From Eledone cirrhosa (lineage: Eukaryota): a DNA stretch of 64,000 nt. The stretch is from the NCBI GenBank assembly GCA_964016885.1, contig OZ024740.1:161076001-161140000 (forward strand). The letters run 5' to 3'. The notes beneath the pieces were generated by a model, which was not told the origin of the DNA, did not search any database, and was given only the letters and a program-made list of their open reading frames with translations. Shown one piece after another: positions 1-13,501 of this stretch. The position numbers and the translations under genes were made by a program. Within the stretch, counting starts at the first letter, position 1; each line of letters begins with the position of its first letter.

Positions 1-249
1 AATCTAATTTTTAAAACAAAAATTGTTTACAGTGTTAAGTGGTAGAACGCTAGTACAATTTTCAATGCGTAATTATTCATAAGTAGATATTTGTAAATAT
101 CTCTAGAACGTTTATACAATTCCAAAATAGGTAAACTATTAAATCTGGACATTAAAGTAATATCTAGTTGTAAATGAATTAACTCTACTTGCAAGAAATC
201 AAGAGCTTCATCTTGGTATCACACCAAAGGGACCTTCGCATATTCGTAA

Positions 250-790
250 TTCAAGCATACGATTTTGTAAATCTCGAAACTTCTTTTGACATCGATCCAA
301 AAGAAAGAAATTCTCTCTAGTATATACTCCACAATCAATTCTAGTTTATGTTATTTTAGTGTTGGAGGATGTGCCATGCAGCCTTACTTGTCAGTTGAAT
401 TACGAATAATTGTAGCATTGATTCATAGCTCCTGATATTGGCAAGAACAGAAGTAATAAGCTGATTTGGCCTTTATAATTTCAAACTTTGATAATTTATG
501 TAGATAGCTATACCGACCAATAATGCCAAATCGCATAACCATTTTTGATCCTCGTTTTCCATAATGGGAATATCTTTGACATCCATAAAGAATATCACGT
601 CATCTTTCAACTCATAGAAACATTTGTGCGTGCGCTCTTTGCTTAAACAACGAACCTCACAAAGACATATACAATAAATCACCATGTTCCACTTCGAGGT
701 CTTTCAAAATTTATTTAAATTCTCTGTGGTTCAATTCTTTATATTTTTATGAATACATTTTATTAGCACTTTCATCACATTGTTCATTCC
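250..790 (-). mobile_element. Degraded hAT (Charlie/GTF2IRD2-like) transposase fragment
   Basis: ORF 473..685 reads EVRCLSK...FYELKDDVIFFM...KWLCDLALLVGI...LKL, matching the hAT pattern EVRWLS...FFELR...WLCDLAFLxDI; flanks are broken by stops. Confidence 0.7.
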
Positions 791-1922
791 ATGAGAGTGA
801 GTAAGAGGGAGAGTGAGTGAGAGAGAGTGTGTGTACATAATTTGAGTTAGAGAATAAGAAATGACACCCCTTTAGGAAAGATTTAGGTTTTATTTATAGC
901 AGGTCGACCAACTGCGTAAAGTTCCTCATATAGGGACGTGTTGTGCTGTGTGATCTTGTGTTTATTGTATCGTTTTGAATAACGCAGATTTTGCTGTTTA
1001 ATTCCAGTTCAGCCAAAGACCGAAGACATTCAAGCCGTGGTTAGCCCATCATGTTTAGTGTTATGTAAGACTAGTTTAGTGTTATCTAATATATCGTTCG
1101 ATTGTTTTAAAGATATTAGGGTGTTGTTTAAGGGATATTTGGCTTCTTGCAGGTTGAGTGACTACATAGAATTACTCATTGGCTCGTTACTCTGGTTTGT
1201 TCAATAATGTGGTTTTATGCTGTGTCATGCATAGTGTACTAACGTAGCGTGTTAGTGTTGTAGTCACTGAAACAAACTGCATTGAAGATTATAATGTAAA
1301 TCTGGACATTGATTTATAAAATGCCAACTTTAAATGACAATGTATTTGTTATGTTCGGAAGGAAATTGAAATAGATGGAATTAGTTTAGAAGTAGATTAG
1401 AACAACTCCATTATATCTGTGTCGATTATATATTTACATACACACATACCTATATATATATATTTATATGTAGATATACATACATATACATATAAATGCA
1501 CACACGCACACACAACACATTATATATATATACACATAGATATATGCACATACATGCTTACGATCCAAGAAACGCCAGCATCTACTAAAATATATACTCT
1601 CTCTTTTATTTATTGCTTTTGGAATGGTTACTCCGACTTACACGTTACTGATTGCAAAAACAACACAGAAACACATCGAAATAGGGGTAGCTAACAATAC
1701 ATTGAAATTTGATTGATTGCTAAAAAATGTTAGAAAATGCTTCATACATTAATCCACCATATGCAAAACACATAATATTTCCATCTACTTCTGTGCGAAA
1801 ATACATGATCTCTCATGATTTCTATGCTATGCATAAAAGACACCCGTGAGCACGAGGGTAGGGATGCTATTAGTTAAGTTGTAGTATTGGAGAATAATTG
1901 AAGTGGAAATAAAATAGCTTAC

Positions 1923-2391
1923 TCAATTCCTCCTTGTATGAAATACTGTTGTCAAATTTGGGCAGGTGCACCAGCTTGTGACTTGGAGCTCCTCGGTCAG
2001 GTTCAAAAATGAATCTCTAATTTGATCGGTCCCTCTCTAGCCTCAACTCCACCACCCTTGTCCGTGACGTCACCAGTCGTAGACTTTTCTACCGTTTTTA
2101 CAACAGGAAGTACTCAGATGAACTTCCTCGTTTGGTTCCAGATCCTCATGTGCCATTTCACGTTTTCATCCGGGTGCTTTTGTGGTTCCACAAATAAGGA
2201 AGTCTCTCTACAGTCGTAGTTTTTTCCCTCAAACTGCCAGACTTTGAAACTGTCTTCTGTCTCAATGTTTTCCTTCTTCTTATAACCTGAACTCATTCAT
2301 GTATATTTAAGTAAGTTCAGTCCTTTTGTCTTAGTTTTTCTTTCGTCATATTCCCTAACACTAAGTGGCTTCATCCCTTGTTTGGGATTTT
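1923..2391 (-). pseudogene. Exon-like segment with stops, weakly similar to the ISWI/SNF2H pre-HAND region
   Basis: Minus-strand acceptor ctaacttatttttcttag| at 2391 and donor |gtaagc at 1922. Peptide IETEDSFKVWQFEGKNY...FVEPQK resembles ISWI DTESSVYNFEGEDY...WIEPPK (from memory). In-frame stops are present. Confidence 0.3.
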
Positions 2392-3049
2392 CTAAGAAAA
2401 ATAAGTTAGACATTTACTCAATAAATAGCAATAGAAATATCTGCAGGAATCTAAGTGACATTTTGGGCAAATATCATTTACCATAGACTGGAGGCCACCC
2501 ATGGTTTTAGTGAATGAAATTCGGTAGATGGAAACTGTTTGGAAATCCATCGCATGTGCTGACACTTAAACTCTATATGTGACTGTGGAATGTTCAGTCA
2601 CGCGTAAATTCCGTAATAGAACAAGAACACTCATAATCGAAACTGATGGAGATCCTTCGACGAGAATAACATGTGAGGAGGAACAGGTTAGTAATGCACG
2701 TGTGGCGAACTGCAGAAAAGCCTAGAGCAGTGAATAGTGAAAAATTAAACTGGTTGAGCGATGTGGAAGTAGAAAGTTCGAGAAGGTAATGTCCGTTGCA
2801 ACAATCGGAGAGAACACATTATTACACGGTGATAAATTCTTGTCTAAAGCGTCTTCTTGAAAGGGAAATAATTGATGATAAACTTGTAGGTAGTTTGGCT
2901 TTACTGTCGAGACTGGTTTGTTGTTGTTGGTTTTCTTTTAAAACTTGTATTTATGATTTTATTTTCCTTTCGCAGCTTGCAATAGAACTGAGTGTTAAAT
3001 GATAGCATGCTGTAAAGAGAGACAAAAACAAATAAATAAATACGTGAAT

Positions 3050-3562
<513 letters not shown>

Positions 3563-3569
3563 TGAACAT

Positions 3570-4680
3570 ATCGGTGCAGAAAATAAAATTTGTTCCAAAA
3601 GGTTTTGCTTATGACATTGGAAGCAGAATTGTGAAGTACGTAAGTAAAATGTTATTTAATTGCGAGATATTCCATCACAAGTTCGTATCGCACTGGTGTT
3701 TTAACATGTCTGCCTTGGTATGTATGTGTCCGCAATTCCTAATGTACAGATCTACCGAGAGAGAGACGGGGGTGGTGAGAAAGAGATATAGAGAAGGAAT
3801 TGATACCAGTACTGTATTGGCATATTTTGTTGACCTCGAAAGGAGGAAAGGCGGGACTTGAACTCAGAGATCTGGGACGAATGCAACAAAGCATTATATC
3901 TGACGTTCACCGCTTTCTTATTTATTAACGATTGTTTAGAAATTAATAAGTTTTCTCTCATATAACACAAAAATTGAATTAAATGCAAGGAAATAGGAGA
4001 TAATACACTCCTATATAGCCGGCACACTATAACTGAATGCTTAAGAAGTTCGCTCAACAATTTTGAGGTATAGAAACTTGAACAAATATCATTTGCCTTA
4101 ACATTATGTGGACTTTTGTGATTGAAACTGTTTGCCACCCTCCTGGATGAACTCTACTAGTAGTTCAATGATACAGCCTTGCCATATACTGTGTCACGGT
4201 GAACTTCCCCGAGAATTCGTTATGGGTTAAATATATTTAAACTCCTTCACTGATTACCCGCTAATTTGATAGGGAGCCTGCGGTCTTCTAAACCATTCTG
4301 TGTGGCTTTTTGAAATAATAAAAAAATTCCAACATATTTAGAATGTTTATTGATATGTTTTTGTCTATTACTTATTATTACAGATGGAATTGGTTGAGCA
4401 CTCAGAAGATATAAAATCCTTATTTGACGCTAAGAAAGATCCGATTGACATATGGAGAAATGCAATAGAATAGCCATATCTTAGGCAATATACACAAAAA
4501 ATACTCTTGTTTTTCAATCATTTATTGCTGTGAAGCTACATTCTCCTACCTAACCAAAGTCAAGACGCTTTTGAGATCACAAATGGTGGATGCCTATCTA
4601 GAGTTTCAGTTGAAACTTTGGATCTCCATGCTGTAACTAAATAGCAAATTGCTTTCCTAAAACAAGTAGTCGCAACAAAT
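3570..4680 (+). mobile_element. Degraded hAT transposase remnant including the C-terminal dimerization region
   Basis: 4381-4630 translates QMELVEHSEDIKSLF...*PYLRQ...YCCEATFSYLTKVKTLLRSQMVDAYLEFQLKL, the hAT dimerization signature (YxCExxFS...K...RS...D..L); frameshifted. Confidence 0.7.
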
Positions 4681-5739
4681 TCCTTAAAATAGAGCTTTTA
4701 AATTATTAATTTTTTTTTTAGCTAATAATTACATAGTAATTAGATTCTTACAGTATAATGCAGATTTTAATAATATACAATTGTGGTTTCGGTTTCTTTA
4801 ATGTGGCCTTATTATATTACATGTAACTTAATGCAGCCTTTCATCATGAAAAAGTTCCCCTGCTATGGGTTAGCCACTTCTCTCTCCACTGCGTTGCGTG
4901 TGGTGGCGCTCGGGATTGTTGCAGAAGTGATGATGTTGGCACTGATTGATAAAACATAACTACAGAAATATATTTGAGTCGATAAAATCGAATAAGTGAA
5001 TCGGGATATTTGTAAGGGCGTTGGACAAAATGCTTGCTGTATTTAATTACACCTCTTGATGTGGAGTGGCTAATGCAGCAGATGTCCCTGGCTACTCTCT
5101 GAGGTAATACTTTCATCATCTTGTTCGCCGACTTAGTTGGAAAGTTTAAAAGATTAAAATCCCAGTAATATCTATAAAACATATGCTATGTAATTAGAAA
5201 GAAATCATTATCTATTTCTCTCTTAGGTCTCCGATAAGTGTCATACGTTACACGCTATAGTTGAACGAGCTGTATCTGCTAGATAGTTTGACTCTTTCAT
5301 TTATGTGATAGGTCCTTCCTTAGTGTCGAGTTATTCAATGAACCGAATTACATACTCATTAAATTAGCGTGTTCTGGGTATTCCACAAACACTCGCACAT
5401 AGCCTTAACTTAATTCTCATTCTGAATCAACGTGACACCATTGACAAAGCTGAGTCTTCAAATTATAGATACAATCTATCCAATGGGTTTTCGGAGAGTT
5501 TCTGGATAAGCAAATTTTACTCACAAGGCTTGCATTGACTCGAGCCTAGTTTTTAAATCGGTATCAATGCGTATTTACGTACTCGAATGAAACCTAATGA
5601 ATGTGAAAGTATATTTTTTAACTTAATTTCAACATTAAGCTAATTGTCCTATCAATTGTATTCAACGATACAGAGTTCTTCTTCGCCCACTTACTCCTGA
5701 AAGGGTTCTGGGGGCAGAGCCCTCAAACACTACCTCATT

Positions 5740-5920
5740 TCTTCTGATTACCGAATGTTGAAGTTGGCGCTTTACTACACCAGCTCCTGCAATTCTTGCA
5801 CTTAATTCAGCCTCCTGTCTTCCATCACTCGGGAACACGATCCCACGATACTCGAACTTCTCCACCTGCTTCAGTGGAACTTCATTCACATGTAGAGTAC
5901 ACTGCGAAGGCTTCCTTGAT
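5740..5920 (-). mobile_element. RTE-clade LINE reverse transcriptase C-terminal fragment
   Basis: VPLKQVEKFEYRGIVFPSDGRQEAELSARIAGAGVV; homologous to the 48640-48800 part of the longer copy. Confidence 0.75.
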
Positions 5921-6775
5921 AGTTATGTACACCAATTGGTCGGATTGAATATGAAACACTCTTTCCCTTTACAAATAATCTTAACTTGAGGTTTTTTAAT
6001 GCAACTTTGAAGTAAAATACTTTTACTTCAAAGTATTTGATTGCGGGCACAGATTATATCAATTGAAAAACAAAAAAAAACAAAAAAAAAAAACTTTGTC
6101 CGACCGTAGAGACTTGGCTATGAATTATTGTGTACAATGAAACTATGTTTTATGCATATACCCAAACAATATGCTCAAACGAAGACATTTGAATACGAAG
6201 TCATACCCTCAAAGAACTGCTTTTATTGAAACGTATTTACAATTGTTTATCTTAATTTGAACGTTACTACTAAAACATTAACATTTGAATAGACCTTGTG
6301 AAATTCTAACCGCTCTAAATTTCGTCTTTGAAACTGAATTAACATTATAATAAAATAGTGTAATGTTTGGCATAATCTGTGAAAGACGTCTACGTGATTT
6401 TTATGTGATATTTTTTCTCAAAAAAAACAAAAATCATGGCGGCTATTGAAAGTGTGGCAACAATATTGTTGTCCCGGTATGGCCTCAGCCCACCGGGTGA
6501 AACAAAATAGTAAAATAAAAGAGAAAGAGATAAAAGCCTGTGAGAGGGTCCGTTCTCATTTGTTGTGTTAGTGGAGGCTAGACTTAATCAGTTACTTTGT
6601 TTAACACAACCACCTGGCCCTTGTGTTATATTAACAGATTAATCTCTGTTAGCATTCTGACAACGTTACTTTATAATTTTTTCCGACCAGTCTCACAGGC
6701 AGTGAGAAAGTTATGTTCTTCCTTCGCTGAGTAAGTCATGTAATCGCCCCACTCCAACTCTTGTCTTTCCACTAA

Positions 6776-7010
6776 CTGAGAGCTGGAATGGCTGTTCCAG
6801 CGCGTCACTTTCACCATCCTCCGGGGAAACGCCTTCTCTATTCTGTCTGCCGGGCAGCCATTCCACCGGGACCGCGAGGCGTCCAGCGCATGGGCTCTCT
6901 TTTGTTTATAATAGTGAGAGATGAGGAGAGCGGGAGACTTGGAGACAGTGACAGAGGGTGCTTGGTTCGTTTGTGTTCGGACCTGGTGTATATGTATATT
7001 ACACGGACAC
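6776..7010. repeat. Dispersed non-coding repeat, unclassified; related copies in opposite orientation at about 54650-54830, 55670-55770 and 56215-56395
   Basis: gagctggaatggctgttccagcgcgtc...ggggaaacgccttctct is the reverse complement of agagaaggcgtttcccc...gacgcgctggaagagccattccagctc at 56333-56391. Confidence 0.8.
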
Positions 7011-7819
7011 ACACTCACACATCTGTTTCATTATGACGTTATCATTTCACACATCTAATAATTGTTCTTCGTGTATTTTCTACTACTGTTTCATAGTTCG
7101 CCCATGTAACATTAACTACCCTAACTGCTGCTCCTTTGACCATGAGAACTACTTTTATTCCTTCACAAGTTTCTGTCCTTAGACCATATTAAAACTGTGT
7201 TTTCGAGGGTTCTTCAGTTGATTACATCGTATGGAAAAAGGTGATTTTATCTTCTTATTGCACCCGTCTCAGGTGTTATGGAGTTCATAAGAGTGTGACC
7301 AACAGAAAACGAGTAATTTAGGACGTTCAAATCGTGTAAACTGCGCCTAAGATAGAATCAAATCCTATGAGGTATTGATGCACGGATTCTAATAGTCCCA
7401 CCGATATGTATACATTATATCTGATGTTCTGCCGCACTATATCGGTCTAAGAAATTTTATACAGTAAAGAGTAGGAGCACTTGTCAAAAATGTCACACAG
7501 TAGGATTGAATGGGAGGCTACGTGATTGGGAAACGAACGTCATAATCGAACTGTTTGATTTGAAAAGTGGAGTAAAGCAAAAGGAGTCAAGTGAATTCGA
7601 AGTGTCAACTCCCCGCGCGCGCATGTGTGCGCGTGTGTTTTCCAATACTGGACTTACAGTTTTCCAAGATTTATAGACTCATTTTTAGCAATATAATTCT
7701 ATGAGAAACTGTGAACATGCTCACATATGTACATACAGTTCTCATTTTTATCCACCTATTTATTCATTTATTTTCTCATATGTCCATCATATCCCACCCA
7801 TTTGTCTGTCTTGTTTTCT

Positions 7820-8875
7820 GTTGCCTCCGGATCTGGTGTAGGTGAGCTATAAGGCCTCACACATATCATCACCCTGCCTCCCCAACTCTGGCGCTGACCG
7901 AGGCGACCTGTCGACATCAGCTTTTACCAAGGCCAATGTTTCGTCATTTGGGCAAGCGCCCATCCCAAGTGTAGCCAAGGTCACCACACCCTCTGCTCTC
8001 GGGTGTCTTCAATCCTCCACCTCTGAGGCCAGCGCAAAGCGTTTACGCGACCGCGTAAACGCTAAACTAATTGAGGGTGATGTCTCGGCTGTAGTCAGTG
8101 GTTGCTTCGGAGAACAACGTCCGCCAGCCTGCCGAAGAGGTCCTGGATGCCCTGCGGCTCAATCACCCTGAGCCGCCCGCCGAACTCGGATCCATACCGC
8201 CACCTGATCGTCACTTGCTCTTTGTGGCTTCCAGCGCAGACATCATGTTTGCCATCAAGTCCTTGCCAGCCAGCAGCAGCGGAGGTACTGATGACCTCAA
8301 GAGTTTTTATCTCCCCTCTCCGCTGAGGCAGGGCGTCGCCTTCTGAGCGCAATTGTGGCACTCACTAATAGGTTTATCCATGGCGCCCCTGACCCCCACG
8401 CCTGAAGGGTCTTTTTGTAGGCCAGCCTGACCGCTCTCAGGAAGAAAGAAGGTGGCATACGCCCCATCGCTGTGGGCAATGTCCTCCGGAGGCTGGCTGC
8501 TAAAGTGGTCTGCAGGTACATCACAACTGAACTGGGTGAGGAGCTCAGCCCGGTGCAACTGGGTGTTGGCGTGTCAGGTGGCTCTGAGGGGGCCGCACGT
8601 GCAACCAGGTAGTTCTTCAATAGATGCCCACCGGAACTGGCATCCAGGGACTCCAAGCACTTAATTGTCAAGCTTGACATGAAGAATACATTTAACTGCC
8701 TACGCCATGACCATCTGCTCGAGGCTTGCCTCAGCCGAGCCACCTCTGCCTACTCGCTGGCCTACCTGTTATATGGAGCCCGGAGCATGCTCTTTGCTGT
8801 GGTTACGGTCATACCTTCAGCCACTGGGGTCCAATAGGGTGATCTTTGGGCTCCCTCCTATTTGCTCTTAGTATA
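7820..8875 (+). mobile_element. CRE-clade-like non-LTR retrotransposon RT pseudogene fragment
   Basis: GC-rich island. Conceptual translation ASLTALRKKEGGIRPIAVGNVLRRLAAKVVC...PVQLGVGVSGGSEGAARA...IVKLDMKNTFNCL...TGVQ*GD covers RT motifs 1-4 typical of CRE/Cnl1-like elements; stops and frameshifts are present. Confidence 0.8.
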
Positions 8876-9139
8876 GACCACCTCGGAATATAACGGCCCT
8901 TCGCCCCTTATATGGAAGAGAGCAATTCATGGAATCATCCATCAAGCCAACAACATTACTACTACAACATCGAACTGCTATATCCACACTCTATGTAATT
9001 ATAGATATCTAGACACTTCTGAGATGTGGCGTTAGTTTTTAGTTTGAGGACATTGATTGGAAGACAAAACTTCATCAAGTCAGTCAATCAGAGAATATTT
9101 CTAAAAAGTAACGGTAACGATTCGTTATTGTCATTATTA

Positions 9140-9325
9140 GAACTGAGGTTGGTTGATTGGCAGTATCGATAGAGCGTCGGACACCATGCTTTGTGGCATA
9201 GAGTTAGCTATGCCTTTCATCATTACTGGGTCAATAAAACATAGCACCAGTAATGTGCTGGGTTCGATTTAATCGACTTTTCCCCTTCCATTCAAATTAC
9301 AGACCTTGTGTCTAAATCAGAAACA
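9140..9325 (+). mobile_element. Degenerate SINE (octopus-type, Nin-domain-like); family also at about 10963-11090, 47720-47805, 55785-55940 and 55985-56105
   Basis: Shared motifs gcctttcatc...gggtcaataaa...accagt...ctggggtcgat...gccttgtgcc (or the reverse complement) recur at these sites; the family name is recalled, not searched. Confidence 0.6.
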
Positions 9326-9826
9326 GTTATTATTAGAACTGATGTGACTAAATAATGAACTCTGGTCAGGCAATAAATGAGTTGCGACAAACTAACAAGA
9401 TAGCACAAGTATTGTTGCTAAGAACATTCAGTGGCACCCATCGCACCAGCCATTGCACTCCATGGGGCTCCTTATTCGGGCGAGATGCATCCTTCCGATT
9501 TTACGGGGGAAATGGTAATCCGGGGACCGACGAAGTTCTATATTTCTAAAAGCTTTGCAGCAAGTAGGTTAACTGAGTTATCAGTCCAATAACATATTAA
9601 CTCAACAGTTTCACTTCTATACAAACCGTTGTACTATTCCAGGCAATTGTATTTCCATTGCGCCCCAGAATTATATTTCTCTTCTCCCAATCAACCTCAT
9701 CATGGTTTACCTCCAACTATACATACATGTGTGTGTGTAGAGAGAGTGAGAGTGAGAGAGAGACGGGGACGGGGGGGGGGGAGAAGAGGTAACTGCGAAA
9801 TAAAAAAAGAAAGATATATATATATA

Positions 9827-10017
9827 TAAGAGGGTGTTGAAGTTTGCTTGAAGCATTGTGGAATAATAAAATTGGGTTTTTGGAAGCCTCAAGAATACAC
9901 CCTCTACATCTCATTTTACATTTCTTTTTACATCCCTCTCCCTCTCTCATTATCACCTGTTTCTGTTTCCCGGAGATTTACCCACCTGCATTGTTGAGGC
10001 TTCCAAAACGACCAATA
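9827..10017. mobile_element. Inverted pair of pLTR fragments related to the Penelope element at 15086-18538
   Basis: aagagggtgttgaagtttgcttgaagcattgtg matches 15087 and 18380; 9960-10017 is the reverse complement of a diverged version of 15140-15180. Confidence 0.75.
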
Positions 10018-10046
10018 TTATATATATGTATATATATATATGTTTA

Positions 10047-10229
10047 TCCCGGGTCCAATCAGGGGTAATCACAGTAAGTAAGGTACTCAATACATCACGG
10101 CTTCCTGATGATTTCTCTCGGATGAAACAGTTCTAGTCCTGTAGAAGCCATTTCTATATTAAATATTTATACTCTGCTAAGTATTGAGTATATTACTTAC
10201 TGTGGTTACCCCCCATTGAACCCGGGATA
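10047..10229 (+). mobile_element. Small non-coding PLE-type insert with about 48-bp inverted arms around a hammerhead; related copy at 52724-52907
   Basis: atcccgggtccaatcaggggtaatcacagtaagtaaggtactcaatac is the near reverse complement of 10182-10228; flanked by (TA)n. Confidence 0.75.
10099..10149 (+). ncRNA. Type I hammerhead ribozyme
   Basis: ggcttc CTGATGA t-ttc-tctc-gga-t GAA ACAG-ttctagtc-CTGT A gaagcc: 6-bp helix I, 4-bp helix III, GUA cleavage triplet. Confidence 0.85.
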
Positions 10230-10233
10230 TACT

Positions 10234-10270
<37 letters not shown>

Positions 10271-11453
10271 TGTTATTCTTGGGGATGGTCATATTTGTAT
10301 AATAATATTGCCAGAATTAATAACAGAACACACTCACTGTTTGGTTGGTTTTCGCTTCTGTGTCTTTTATATCGTTTAATTTAATTTATTCGGTCCTCAA
10401 TGTTGCCAGTGACTGACCAACGGTCAAAAATACAGATACAATATAGACACAAACACATATATATAGTCTATCAAAGTTCTTTCGTTGCACATCTGTAACA
10501 TCGTCAGTGGTGCTATTGTTTCCTCCCGTTGCATTGTATGTCTACGCCATCTTTATTTAGTCTGTTTATATATATATTTATTTTTTTGTTTTGTTGTTGT
10601 CTTCTTTGCGCATGCATTTGCGTATGTGTATAGTGTTTTGTTTGATGTGTGTTCGTGCTTGGGTGACTGTGTATAGGTTAATGTATTCTATCTTTACTAG
10701 TGTGTGTTTATATGTTTGTTGTTATTATGCTTGTGTATGTATTTATTTATTTATCTATTTATTTATCTATTTATTTATAGTAATAATAATAAATTTGAAG
10801 ACGGAAATCCAAAGAGGGCTCGATAAGGATAAATATATATCAGAACCATAGAGCAAATAAGGATAAATATATATCATAAGATCCCGTTAAGGGTGAAAGC
10901 AGCGATTCTTTGCTTAAACTTTAATCTGTTATTTTAATAAATATATATATATATATATAATTGTTTCTACTTTCGGCACAAGGCCAGCAATTATCCCAGT
11001 GAATTACTGGTACTTTATTGTATCGACCCCGTTAGGATGAAAGGCAAAGTTAACCTTGGCGAGATTTGAACTTAGACCGGAAAGGGCCGTATATGTTATT
11101 CAATTGGAGAAAGTTGGTTGATTAAAAATCTGCCGACTTATTCTTGAACAGACGTGAGGCACTCTACGGCTTTTGTTCATCCGGAGTTTTATTATAATAA
11201 ATAAGAGAGGCGGTTTTATTCATACATCCCTAGTTTATTCGTTATACGTATTTCAAAGATGTAAGGTAGTTAGATAATAACACTCCTACACGTTCTCTAC
11301 AGACAAACATACAAACGAGATGTAATTTTCCAAGATATGTTACCAGTCGGACGTGTTATTCACCTCACCGAACAATACATATATATATTATAAAGAACCG
11401 TAACCTGAAGGCCTAGCTCTTATGTTATACAGCTAATTCCATAATTACAGACT

Positions 11454-11537
<84 letters not shown>

Positions 11538-11623
11538 CGTGTGGAACAGATAATAATTCTCGCTCATCGGTTGTCCTTCTGGGGATCATTATAGTTTCAC
11601 ATGCATTATCATTGTAACCACAG

Positions 11624-11688
<65 letters not shown>

Positions 11689-11689
<1 letters not shown>

Positions 11690-12342
11690 AATTGATGAGC
11701 AGAACAAACAAACATTAAACAATCCTTTAAATAAATAAGAAAACAATTTAAATATCTACCTGTTCATAATGCTATTACCGGCGTTTTCCATCCACAAAAG
11801 ATTGGAAATTCGGAGAATTTCCAACGGAAAGTAGATTTCTTCAGATAGCTATTTCCATTCTATAGGACATTTGTCCCACGGTCAGCAAATATAATGGTAA
11901 CTACCAGCACGTATGGGCTATAGCCGTTAAAGTGACCCGTACGTGACCTGGCCACTAGAGCAAGCGGGAATATTACAGACTTGTTGATGGCTTGGCTGCT
12001 AAAAAAATAGCAGTAAGCAACAACGAATTTTTTCTCTACATAGATTGGAGAATATATAAAAATGAGGTAAATATCTCATTGAGCACTAAGTACACACTAA
12101 GATATATGGGGTGTCTACAATATAATTGTTGTTCTATCGTACTAATTCGAGATACCAGAACAGGTAGATATTTAAATTGTTTTTTTATTTATTTAAAGGA
12201 TTGTTTAATGTTTGTTTGTTCTGCTCATCAATTTTTATAGTTCTGGTATCTCGAATTAGTACCATAGAACAACAATTATATTGTAGACACCCTATATATC
12301 TCAGTGTGTACTTAGTGCTCAATGAGATATTTACCTCATTTT

Positions 12343-12345
<3 letters not shown>
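11689..12345 (-). mobile_element. Non-coding PLE-type insert with internal inverted duplications
   Basis: 11689-11763 is the reverse complement of 12159-12233; 12055-12158 is the reverse complement of 12241-12345; (TA)n on both sides; contains a hammerhead. Confidence 0.75.
11771..11849 (-). ncRNA. Type I hammerhead ribozyme with a 49-nt helix II domain (one helix III mismatch)
   Basis: Minus strand: gctat CTGAAGA a-atctac...ttggaaatt-ctccg-aatttccaa...gtggat-g GAAAACGCCGGTA atagc. Confidence 0.75.
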
Positions 12346-12373
<28 letters not shown>

Positions 12374-12539
12374 ATTTGTGTGCGTATTTCCTTTCCTCTT
12401 TTAACTTAATTAACATTATATGAATCCGCAGCCACCTTCCCCTATCCTTCTTTCTCTCTCTACCGTCTATCGACATTTCTTGTTCTCTTCTTCGTCATTC
12501 TATCTCTTTTCCTCCACTTTTCCCGCTCTCTCTCTCTCA

Positions 12540-12576
<37 letters not shown>

Positions 12577-12666
12577 TATATATAAATATATATACACTAT
12601 GAAGAGAGAAGAAACATTTAGATATAATTAGTAATAAAATGTATCATACCTAAACTGCTCCTAAAT

Positions 12667-12756
12667 TCCTCGACTACGTAGTTTCGTGGCATAAACAAAA
12701 ACAATATATCATAAAGATATAGAGTCCTTGCGAGGTCTGCCGACTTATCAAGAGGA
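12667..12756 (-). ncRNA. Hammerhead ribozyme (U3-A8 variant), inverted copy of 13412-13501
   Basis: Reverse complement of 13412-13501. Confidence 0.8.
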
Positions 12757-13411
12757 TACCTCATTTTACTAGTCTCAAGAACGCGTCTACACGACGTGAG
12801 AAAGAATCCCAAAAGGCGGAGGGGGAGATAGTCACGCGATACAAGGGTCGAGAAACAGAGCTAAGCCTCTTATAACCCCGAAGAAAATACCACGGAGGCG
12901 GAGGGGGTATTTATATCGTAGGTATGATACATTTTATTACTAATTATATCTAAATGTTTCTTCTCTCTTCATAGTGTATTTTTAACTCTGATACTGGTTC
13001 AGTCTAGTTCAACTGAATTGGTCTGTCCCGGTCATTCATTGAGCAACATCGGTGAAGTTGGCACCCTTAACTCACAGTTGGGTGCGGATGCATTCATGTA
13101 TATATGTGTGTGTGTCCGCATGTATCTGTGTGTTTCTAATTATATTGTTAATAACTCCCTCTGGTCGAGCAATCTTTGAAGTGTGGGGACAGCTGGAAGG
13201 CTTCCATTACTCATACTTCTCGCCTTCTTCACCACCTCTTCTACGGCCTCGATATAAATACCCCCTCCGCCTCCGTGGTATTTTCTTCGGGGTTATAAGA
13301 GGCTTAGCTCTGTTTCTCGACCCTTGTATCGCGTGACTATCTCCCCCTACGCCTTTTGGGATTCTTTCTCACGTCGTGTAGACGCGTTCTTGAGACTAGT
13401 AAAATGAGGTA

Positions 13412-13501
13412 TCCTCTTGATAAGTCGGCAGACCTCGCAAGGACTCTATATCTTTATGATATATTGTTTTTGTTTATGCCACGAAACTACGTAGTCGAGG
13501 A
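13412..13501 (+). ncRNA. Type I hammerhead ribozyme, U3-A8 core variant, 59-nt helix II domain
   Basis: tcctc TTGATAA gt(c)ggca...tgccac GAA ACTACGTAGT C gagga: 5-bp helix I, palindromic helix III, GUC cleavage. Confidence 0.85.

Noticed and set aside
10047-10229. MITE with terminal inverted repeats carrying a ribozyme
   Set aside because: The related copy at 52724-52907 has a different inverted arm, so the symmetry is an insertion-specific inversion, not fixed TIRs.
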